Shown in pieces: positions 52,950 through 61,069 of a DNA stretch of 64,000 bases. The notes under the pieces were generated by a model. It was not told where the DNA came from and made no database searches. It saw only the letters and a list, made by a program, of their open reading frames with translations. This DNA is from an uncultured Pseudoflavonifractor sp. (GTDB lineage Bacteria > Bacillota > Clostridia > Oscillospirales > Oscillospiraceae), in assembly GCA_964504285.1 (NCBI GenBank), contig CAZDDZ010000005.1:1084-65083 (forward strand). Direction: 5' to 3'. The first letter of the stretch is position 1, and each line of letters starts with the position of its first letter. Made by a program: the position numbers and the translations under genes.

Positions 52950-55900
52950 TTACTCCATGTAATGATGGGGATGCCTTTTTTCGTCCCGGGCTCTTGCGAT
53001 CATCCAGATGATTGCTGCCGTAATGAGCAGGGCGAGAATGGTATTAATTACCAGCAGACACACTTGCCAGGGGGCCATAGAGGACTGAATGACAGAGCCG
53101 GGCGTAGCCCCCTGGGTCAGATTTGAGTTTACAGTGGTGTAGCAGATGTTTTTAATAGCGCGGCGCAGAAGGGTCTGACCTGTGGGGGAGGAGTAGTCCT
53201 GCACATGGGCTTTCTTGCCATAGGAGGTGGACATCAGCAGGTCACAGCCGGAGCGCAGCATTTTATCCACCCGGGAGTCATTGCTGTTAAGCCCCATGTC
53301 CGAAATAATGGTGCCCTGAAAGCCCCACTCACCCCGCACCACACAGGTCAGCAATTCGTAGTTTGTTGAGGACCAGTCGGCTCCAACGGCGCAGTCGGCC
53401 GTCATAATAAAGTCGCCTGCCCGCATGGTGCGGGAGCGGAGTGCACCCTCCTCATCGGAGATGTACCAAATGGTTTTCATAGCGGTGTTTAGGGCCAGCT
53501 CAAAGGGCTTTAGATAAATTTCGCGCAGCGCCTGCTCTGTCAGCCAATTGGCGGTGTGGGGATTGCGGTGACCCTCCGCCTCCATCAGCACAAAGTGCTT
53601 GACCGAGCAGTAGACGCCCGCATCTCCGCCCCCGGACAAAATCTGCGCGCCGAGATAACCGCCCAGAACGCCGTCCTCGCTAAAGTATTCGGCGGTTCGT
53701 CCGCCGAAGGGAGAGCGGTGGGTATTGAGGGCAGGGGCGTACCAGCCGTTGATGCCAAGGACCAGAGCCTCCTGACCCACCATGTAGCCAAAGTCGTACA
53801 TAAGCGGCTGGTTCCAGGTGGCCGCCATCACGGGGGCGGAGGGGTAACCGCAGGCACCGCTTAGCCAGTTGCGACCCAGCTGATCAGGCTGGGTCAGGCC
53901 CTGGGGGCCATCCCGCTCCACCGATTCCGGCTTGCCCACGGCATCCAGCCGACCTGTCCCGTATGCGCTTTCGAACAGGCATTGCCGAATTCGCTCGGCA
54001 TCGGAAAGGGTGAGCTGATCCAGCAGCATATCCCACATGGGGTCATAGTAGCTTCGTCCCCGCAAATCCGCCAGCACAATGCCGTTGTCGGCCTTGGCGG
54101 TGGGAGCCTGCCCGCTGTAAACCAGGCTGCCCGGCTGGTTGCCCAGCTTACCGTCTGCGGAAAAATCATACTTGGTGGAATCGGAAGCGGCAACCCAGGA
54201 GATGACTCTTTTGGAGGCCGTACGGTCGGTAACGCTGGGGGCGGAGGGTTGGGTTCCCGCCCAGTCCTTGCGGGAGAGGAGGGTTGCGCTGCTCACGGCG
54301 GGGCTTGTCATATAGGTGTTAATTTGCTCAAACTGATTGGTTGCGGCCCGGTAGGTGTCCTGACCCACCGCGCGGCTGGCAGGATAGCCCAGGGAATGGC
54401 CGTTTTCGTCAAGCTGGGATTGGGCGGCGACCTCCGCGTGGCGGGGATTGCTGTTGTCGTACCATATAGTGGCGGGCACCTGGGTAGTTTTAGATGCGAG
54501 AATCTGGTGGGAGTTGGCGCGAATGGAGAGGGTATATTCGCCGGATTCCAGCACATAGCACCCTACTGTGCCATCGCCGTTACTGCGGGTGTAGCAGTAG
54601 GAGGCCATGTCTTCCTTGAGGAAGGAAAGGTGCACGTCCTCGTATTCGCCGGGAGCGAGAAGCCCGGTTTTTGCAAAGCCCACCAGCACCGCCGTAGGCT
54701 TTTCGATGCTGTACTGCCGGTCAAAATCGGTATAGGGGGAAGTAAAATAGAGCTGTACCACGTCCTTGCCGGAGTATGTGCCGCCTATATTTTTTACACG
54801 CACGGTCATGGAAATTTTGCTGCCATGGTCGAAAAAGGAAATAATCTGCTGGGAAAAGTCTGTATAAGAAAGCCCATAGCCAAAGGGGTAGAGTACACCG
54901 TCCTTGCGGTTATAATAGTCGGTCAAATACCCGATGTCGTATGCGGTTTCGTAATATTTATAGCCGAGATAAACCCCCTCCTCATACTCGTGGAAGGGGG
55001 TATTGGCGTTTTCTTCCCAGGAATAGTTGCCCACAAGGGTGGTTTGGGCGTTGCGGTAAACAAAAGCGTCGGTGCCGTCGTCGTGGTTTGGAAAGGTGGG
55101 GGCCTTTTTAAAATCCGCAGGGTAAAGGTCGGGAAGTCGGCCGGAGGGAACCACTTTGCCCGCCAAAATTTCGCCCAGGGATTGGTAGCCGGAGCTGCCC
55201 GTGCCCCCCGTCCATACAATGGCGCTGATTTTCTCGTCGTCCTCCAGCTGGGTGATCTGCATGGGAGCTGAGCTGACCAGCACCACCACCACCCGGCGGC
55301 AATAGGCCTTGGCAAAGGCAAGGGTCTCCAGCTCGGCGGCGGTAGGGGCGAGCATGTGGGGGGTTTTATCAGTATAAACCCCGGTAGCCGCGTCAAGATT
55401 TTCGCCGGTCTGGCGGCCGAGAAAGACCACACCAACTGTTCCCTTGCAGGAAAATTCGGTGCCCCGGTACACGCTGCTGTCAAACTCGAACAGAGTGGAG
55501 GATACCCGGTCTGTGCGGTGAAGGGGATCGACAGAAACAATATTAGGGTTGGCTGCTAAGTCCTGATTGGCGGAAAGCGCCCCCCAAAGGCGCTCCTCTA
55601 AAAAAGTGTTTATATTGTGAAAGACCATGGAAATACCCTGCTGCGGGGTAACAAGATAGTCCTCGGAGGTGCCTATGGCGGCAGAGCCTGTTCCGCCGTA
55701 GAAGGGGGCGACGTACCGCAGACCCAGGGGAGAAATTTTGGTATCGGGGGGGAGGGGGAGTACCCCGTTGTTTTTTAGAAGGACAATGCCCTCGTCGCTG
55801 ATGCGTTTGGAAACCTGAATGGCGGCGGCACGAGACTCCCCGGTGTTGGTATAGAGCTGGGGGTAATAGTTGGCCAGCGACCGGGGAATGCGGCCCAGGC

Positions 55901-56060
55901 TGGTAATGGTCTTTTGACCCTTGCCAAACAGAGTGTCCAGCGAGGAGGGGTGAAGGCTCACGCCCACATTAATGGTTATGGATAGGGACAGGGTCAGGGC
56001 CAGAATGGGAATGAGGATGCGCCTAAACTTTCGATTGCTCATTTTAGAACGGTAATTCAT
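52950..56060 (-). CDS. Glycoside hydrolase family 3 enzyme with permuted domain order, an N-terminal signal-anchor and a C-terminal TM helix
   Basis: The sandwich-domain start GIVLLKNNGVLPL and an Fn3-like YPFGYGLSYTDF precede the barrel-domain motifs GWYAPALNTHRSPFGGRTAEYFSEDG, KHFVLME and WGFQGTIISDMG. The C-terminal segment is LLVINTILALLITAAIIWMI. Confidence 0.9.
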   Translation of the reverse strand: MNYRSKMSNRKFRRILIPILALTLSLSITINVGVSLHPSSLDTLFGKGQKTITSLGRIPRSLANYYPQLYTNTGESRAAAIQVSKRISDEGIVLLKNNGVLPLPPDTKISPLGLRYVAPFYGGTGSAAIGTSEDYLVTPQQGISMVFHNINTFLEERLWGALSANQDLAANPNIVSVDPLHRTDRVSSTLFEFDSSVYRGTEFSCKGTVGVVFLGRQTGENLDAATGVYTDKTPHMLAPTAAELETLAFAKAYCRRVVVVLVSSAPMQITQLEDDEKISAIVWTGGTGSSGYQSLGEILAGKVVPSGRLPDLYPADFKKAPTFPNHDDGTDAFVYRNAQTTLVGNYSWEENANTPFHEYEEGVYLGYKYYETAYDIGYLTDYYNRKDGVLYPFGYGLSYTDFSQQIISFFDHGSKISMTVRVKNIGGTYSGKDVVQLYFTSPYTDFDRQYSIEKPTAVLVGFAKTGLLAPGEYEDVHLSFLKEDMASYCYTRSNGDGTVGCYVLESGEYTLSIRANSHQILASKTTQVPATIWYDNSNPRHAEVAAQSQLDENGHSLGYPASRAVGQDTYRAATNQFEQINTYMTSPAVSSATLLSRKDWAGTQPSAPSVTDRTASKRVISWVAASDSTKYDFSADGKLGNQPGSLVYSGQAPTAKADNGIVLADLRGRSYYDPMWDMLLDQLTLSDAERIRQCLFESAYGTGRLDAVGKPESVERDGPQGLTQPDQLGRNWLSGACGYPSAPVMAATWNQPLMYDFGYMVGQEALVLGINGWYAPALNTHRSPFGGRTAEYFSEDGVLGGYLGAQILSGGGDAGVYCSVKHFVLMEAEGHRNPHTANWLTEQALREIYLKPFELALNTAMKTIWYISDEEGALRSRTMRAGDFIMTADCAVGADWSSTNYELLTCVVRGEWGFQGTIISDMGLNSNDSRVDKMLRSGCDLLMSTSYGKKAHVQDYSSPTGQTLLRRAIKNICYTTVNSNLTQGATPGSVIQSSMAPWQVCLLVINTILALLITAAIIWMIARARDEKRHPHHYME

Positions 56061-57406
56061 ACAGACCCTCCTTGAGACAGGCCCACATCCGAGAGCGGGA
56101 AAAGAATATTCAGGTTAAACACATGATCTTTAGGCTCAAACACAATATTTCCGCCGTATTTTTCCACAATCATGACCATGCTTTTAATGCCGAAGCCGTG
56201 GTAGTCCTTGTCTGGGCTGGCGGTGACGGGAAGGCCGCCCGCCATCCGGATTTCCCCGCCATAGTAGTTGTGAGAGTTAATGGAGAGCAGCTCCCCCTCG
56301 GCTTTAATGGTGATGCCGATGACACGCATGTCCCGCTCCAATTTAATGACGGTTTGAATGGCGTTGTCCAGAAGGTTTCCGAACAGGGAGTAAATGTCGG
56401 TGTCACTCATAAAGTTTAGCTTTTCGCCGTCAATCATGTAGCTGACAAAAATGTCATTTTTGTTGCAGTACAGGCTTTTTTCAGCCAAAATAATGTCCAG
56501 AGCCTGATTCCCGGTCTTTACAATAGAGTCGTAGATGGTAATGGTGTCCTCAATTTCCTCCAGAGTGGCTTCATCAATGGCGCCCTTTTTGCTTATGGTG
56601 CGGATTTGGTGTTTGAGGTCGTGGCATTTCATATTGATGAGGTCGATGGTCTCCTTGGTTACATGGAACTGCTTTTGCTCCTGCCGCCACATTTGATAGA
56701 CAATACCCAGCTCATTTTCCAGACTTTTTCGCAGCAGCAGCTCAAACTGCATAACCAAAACCGAGATGGTACAGATAATGTTGGTCAGGGAGGCGGCCAA
56801 ATAGTAAATCATGTCCAGATTTTCGTATTTTCGATAAATTACAAAGGCATTAAGTACAATTTCCACCAAGACAATCAGCACAATCAGTACCAGCAAAAAG
56901 GGACTCTTGATGGTAAGATCCTCGTTGCGCTTGATTTTATCTCCGAACAGGTAAAAAATCGCCCAGTATACCAGGGCATAAACCTGAATGGAAATCAGCG
57001 CGTTCAGAGGGTTAAAGTCACTAACCGCGGTGGCGCTGTATAACTGTACAGACTGGTTAAAGCCGGTAAGTGTGATGAGCAGATCGTAGCACACCGAGGC
57101 AAGATGCTGCATACTGTACCCGGCCACGGTGCAAAACAGACAGCTTCTCCAATTGATGTCATAGCACAGCTTGGTTGTTACAATGGTCAGAACGAAAAAG
57201 CAGGAAAACATGAAGGAGGTGTACAGGGCGTTATAGTACACAATAGGAAAGAAAAATACAAAGGCAAAGCTTAAAAGGGTACAAACGCACATACGGAGTG
57301 GGTAGTTTGGCTTTTTGTTCAGGCGAAATAAAAAGAGACTTTGCGCAATAATCAGGTTTACCATAAAGACCAGTTTATAGAGGAAAAGACTTGAAATTTC
57401 CGGCAT
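56057..57406 (-). CDS. AgrC/LytS-like (GHKL) membrane sensor histidine kinase
   Basis: Multiple TM segments, H-box KCHDLKHQI, and C-terminal HGFGIKSM. 4-nt overlap with the downstream GH3 gene. Confidence 0.85.
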   Translation of the reverse strand: MPEISSLFLYKLVFMVNLIIAQSLFLFRLNKKPNYPLRMCVCTLLSFAFVFFFPIVYYNALYTSFMFSCFFVLTIVTTKLCYDINWRSCLFCTVAGYSMQHLASVCYDLLITLTGFNQSVQLYSATAVSDFNPLNALISIQVYALVYWAIFYLFGDKIKRNEDLTIKSPFLLVLIVLIVLVEIVLNAFVIYRKYENLDMIYYLAASLTNIICTISVLVMQFELLLRKSLENELGIVYQMWRQEQKQFHVTKETIDLINMKCHDLKHQIRTISKKGAIDEATLEEIEDTITIYDSIVKTGNQALDIILAEKSLYCNKNDIFVSYMIDGEKLNFMSDTDIYSLFGNLLDNAIQTVIKLERDMRVIGITIKAEGELLSINSHNYYGGEIRMAGGLPVTASPDKDYHGFGIKSMVMIVEKYGGNIVFEPKDHVFNLNILFPLSDVGLSQGGSV

Positions 57407-58122
57407 TATATTCCACCGCCCAAATAATCGTTGACGGCCTGGACAAAGACTTTTTTTCTGGGCCTGCTGATTTGCAGTTCATCCCCGTCCACAAGAACCA
57501 ACTGGCCCCGGATGGCGCGGACATAGCCCAAATTCACCAGGTAGCAGCTGTTACAGCGGACAAAGACCTTGTCGCTGAGGACGGACTCTACCTCCTTAAG
57601 ATTCCCATAGGCTTTGATGAGGCCGGTGGTGGTGTGGTAAACCATCTTGTGCCCGGATATTTCAATGTACTTGATTTGGGAGGAGGCCACCCGAAAAAAT
57701 CCCTCGGAGGTGGAGACCACCACCTCGGTGTCCCGGTTGCTGCTGAGCTTATTTAACGCCCGCTGAATTTTTAGGGCAAAGTTGGAGTAGGAAACCGGCT
57801 TTACCACAAAGTCAAATGCACCTACCTCATACCCGCGCACGGCAAACTGCGCCATGTTGGTGACAAAGATAATGGTGGTGATCTCGTCCATTTCCCTCAG
57901 CTTAAAGGCGGCCTCCATTCCGTTCATATGGGGGAGCATAATGTCCAGAAGCACAAGGTCATAAATGGGACAATATTTGCCTAAAAACTGCTCTGCGCTC
58001 CCGAAGTGGGTAATTTGAAATTGAATATCTTTCTCCTTGGCATATTGTTCAAAATGCGCTCTGAGCTTGTCGGCCTCGGCTTGGTCATCCTCCACAATGG
58101 CTACCTTTCGCACCATGGTCAT
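57406..58122 (-). CDS. LytTR-family response regulator
   Basis: The receiver domain has VAIVEDD and DLVLLDIMLPHMNG. The LytTR C-terminus has VRCNSCYLVNLGYV. The TAATG overlap couples it to the kinase gene. Confidence 0.9.
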   Translation of the reverse strand: MTMVRKVAIVEDDQAEADKLRAHFEQYAKEKDIQFQITHFGSAEQFLGKYCPIYDLVLLDIMLPHMNGMEAAFKLREMDEITTIIFVTNMAQFAVRGYEVGAFDFVVKPVSYSNFALKIQRALNKLSSNRDTEVVVSTSEGFFRVASSQIKYIEISGHKMVYHTTTGLIKAYGNLKEVESVLSDKVFVRCNSCYLVNLGYVRAIRGQLVLVDGDELQISRPRKKVFVQAVNDYLGGGI

Positions 58123-58477
58123 CGCTCCTCCTCGTATGGGCAGCCCCCAATGTGTTGTCTATTCTACCCAATCTCTTTTCTCATTTCTATCATAGATTTG
58201 GAAGGGGGTCAATCCCTTCATCGTGTTTCAGTACACAATGCAACACCAGTAGGCATTGACGAAAGTGTAAAAATAAAAGTCTTTGATTTGGCACTATTAC
58301 CAAAAAAGATGTGCTGAGGGACAAGCGTGTGTGCAATTTGTGTATTGGAAAACGCAGAGTAAGTTTTTTTGTGGATTGAAAACTTTTTATATGTTATGGT
58401 ACGAGCACGGCAAAAGAAATTGTCATAAGCTTGTACCAATTTTTATCGGCAAACAAAATTTGGAGAGGAGATTGTAA

Positions 58478-60958
58478 ATGAAAAAACAGACGAAGAGAGC
58501 AGCATCCATGTTTCTTGCAGCAGTCATGCTCACCGGCACCATCAGTGGCTGCACCAAGCCCGGCGAGACCGGCAGCACTCCTACCCCCACCGCAACCGCC
58601 CCCGCCGGCACCAGCCTGACTTATCCGGTAGAGGTAGAGGAGCTGGGCTCCGGCACCCCTAAGTGGACGGAGGAAAAGACCGCAGACGGCTGGAATAAGG
58701 TTACCAACGAGGGAGGCACTACCCTGGGCTACTCCCCAGAGTCGGGTGTAAAGCTCATTCAGTACGAAGGATTTGCCTTTAAGGACTTAAACAAGAACGG
58801 AAAATTAGACGCTTATGAGGACTGGCGCTTGGACGGTGAGACCCGCGCCACGGACGTGGCCTCCCAGATGACCGTGGAGGACGTGGCCGGCCTGATGCTC
58901 TACAGTATGCATCAGAGAGATACCAACAAGGAACTGACTGAAGACCAGATGACCATGCTGGACATGGGTCTGCGCTCCGTGCTGAACGCCGCTGCCGCTA
59001 ATCCGACGGCTGACCAGGCCACATGGGCTAACTCCATGCAGGCTTACGTCGAGGGCATGGGCCTGGGTATTCCTGTCGGCATCAGCACCGACCCCCGTAA
59101 TACCGGTGTTTCCGTATGGCCCGGCAACTTTGCGCTGGCCTCCACGTTTGACCCCGCTATCGCACTTGAGGCTGCCAATCAGCTGGCTAAAGAGTACCGT
59201 GCCATGGGCATCAGCACCCTGCTGGGCCCTCAGACCGACCTGTCTTCTGAGCCGCGCTGGAGCCGTGTAAACGGCACCTACGGTGATGACCCTGCCCTGT
59301 CCCGTGATATGGCTCAGGCCGCCGTCAGCGGCAGCCAGTCTACCTTTGATGCCGGCGGTGCAGACCAGGGTTGGGGCGAAGGCAGCGTTCTCGCTATGAT
59401 TAAGCATTGGCCCGGCGACGGCCCGGGTGAGTCCGGCCGTGAGTCCCATAACTTCTGGGGCAAGTACAACGTATACCCCGGCAGTGCCTTTGAGACTCAC
59501 CTTATTCCCTTCGTGGACGGCGGCTTTAATCTGACCGATAGCAGCACTGGCGCCGCCGCCGCCGTTATGAGCTCCTACTCCATCGCCTGGGACGAGGACG
59601 AGACCTATGGCGAGCTGGTTGGCTCCGCTTACAGCGAGTACAAGATTAAGCTTCTCCGCGAGACCTATGGCTTTAACGGTATCGTTTGCACCGACTGGGG
59701 TATTCTTGCCGACGGTACCAAGACCTGGGGTGTGGACGACCTGACCCCCGGTGAGCGCTTTTACAAGGCTCTTATGGCCGGCGTGGACCAGCTGGGTGGC
59801 TTTAATGACCCCGCCCCCATTCTAGAGGCCTATGAGATCGGCATTGATGAAATTGGCGAGGACGCCATTCTGGCTCGCTTCCAGGAGTCCGGTGCCCGTC
59901 TGGTGCGCGGCTTCTTCCTGGTTGGCCTGTTTGATAACCCCTACGTGGATGTGGCCAACGCCAAGGCTGTGGTGGGTAACGACGAGGCTCAGGCAGCAGG
60001 TCTGGCCGCGCAGCAGAAGTCCGTCATTATGCTGAAGAACGACGATAACACCATTAAGGCCGCTACCGGTGGCGACAAGCCCACCGTGTACATCCCCTTA
60101 ATCTATACCCCTGCCAGCCAGGGCTTTGGCGGCATGACTCCCTCCAAGCTGGGTTTGCCTGTGGAGCTCAAGGATGCTGACCAGTACTTTAATGTTGTGA
60201 CCGATAAGATTGCCGACACTCTGACCGGCCCTGCCGACAAGGATGGAAAGCCCACCGCCGCAGTAGAGGATATTATTCGCGCCTCCAAGGCTGACCTGGC
60301 TGAGTGTGACTACGCCCTTGTTATTGTCAAGAACCCCCAGAACGGCGGCAACAATGGTGGCTACAATCAGGAGACCTCTACTTACGTGCCTATTTCCCTG
60401 CAGTGGGGGCCCTACACTGCTAACGGCGTCAGTGTCCGCAGCGAGTCCCTCGCCGGCGACATGGTCGACACTGAGATTGCCGATCCCTATGGCGTGCAGA
60501 AGGTTCAGGAGAAGGAAAACCGCTCTTACTACGGCCAGAGCTACACTGCCACCAACACCTCTGACCTGGACGCCATTCTTTACGCTGTTGACAATATGCC
60601 CGAGACAGGCAAGGTTGTCGTGGCTGTCAATGCAGGAAATCCCTTCATTCCCGCTGAGTTCGAGAGCAAGGTTGACGCCATCCTTACCGGCTTTGGCGTG
60701 AACAATAAGCTTTTCATGGGCGCCCTGGCCGGCGAGTTCGAGCCCACCGGTCTGCTGCCCATCCAGCTTCCTGCCGACATGGATGCCGTGGAGACTCAGA
60801 TGGAAGACGTGCCCCGCGATACTAAGTGCTACACCGACGCAGCCGGCAACACCTACGACTTCGCGTTCGGCATGAATTGGTCCGGCGTTATCGATGACGC
60901 CCGCACTGCTAAGTATAATGTTGCACCCCTGACTACCCCTGCCAATACCGGGAAGTAA
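58478..60958 (+). CDS. Glycoside hydrolase family 3 lipoprotein (canonical domain order)
   Basis: Lipobox ISGC, barrel motifs KHWPGDG and GIVCTDWG, then the sandwich domain VIMLKNDDN. Confidence 0.9.
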   Translation: MKKQTKRAASMFLAAVMLTGTISGCTKPGETGSTPTPTATAPAGTSLTYPVEVEELGSGTPKWTEEKTADGWNKVTNEGGTTLGYSPESGVKLIQYEGFAFKDLNKNGKLDAYEDWRLDGETRATDVASQMTVEDVAGLMLYSMHQRDTNKELTEDQMTMLDMGLRSVLNAAAANPTADQATWANSMQAYVEGMGLGIPVGISTDPRNTGVSVWPGNFALASTFDPAIALEAANQLAKEYRAMGISTLLGPQTDLSSEPRWSRVNGTYGDDPALSRDMAQAAVSGSQSTFDAGGADQGWGEGSVLAMIKHWPGDGPGESGRESHNFWGKYNVYPGSAFETHLIPFVDGGFNLTDSSTGAAAAVMSSYSIAWDEDETYGELVGSAYSEYKIKLLRETYGFNGIVCTDWGILADGTKTWGVDDLTPGERFYKALMAGVDQLGGFNDPAPILEAYEIGIDEIGEDAILARFQESGARLVRGFFLVGLFDNPYVDVANAKAVVGNDEAQAAGLAAQQKSVIMLKNDDNTIKAATGGDKPTVYIPLIYTPASQGFGGMTPSKLGLPVELKDADQYFNVVTDKIADTLTGPADKDGKPTAAVEDIIRASKADLAECDYALVIVKNPQNGGNNGGYNQETSTYVPISLQWGPYTANGVSVRSESLAGDMVDTEIADPYGVQKVQEKENRSYYGQSYTATNTSDLDAILYAVDNMPETGKVVVAVNAGNPFIPAEFESKVDAILTGFGVNNKLFMGALAGEFEPTGLLPIQLPADMDAVETQMEDVPRDTKCYTDAAGNTYDFAFGMNWSGVIDDARTAKYNVAPLTTPANTGK

Positions 60959-60979
60959 AACCAAAATTTTAATCTAAGT

Positions 60980-61031
60980 CAACAAATCAGCAAAGGGGGG
61001 GAAACCAAACGATCCCTTTGCTGATTTGTTG
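60980..61031. other. 18-bp-stem intergenic hairpin between two GH3 genes
   Basis: caacaaatcagcaaaggg pairs with ccctttgctgatttgttg across a 16-nt loop. No U-run. Confidence 0.45.
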
Positions 61032-61069
61032 TCCAAACAGCCATTGACATAAGGAGGAAAATCCTTTAC

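Noticed and set aside
50002-58122. Agr-type peptide quorum-sensing systems
   Set aside because: The kinase and regulator architecture fits, but no agrB-like membrane protease, agrD-like precursor or other small pheromone ORF with an RBS was found next to either pair. They are called only AgrC/LytTR-type.
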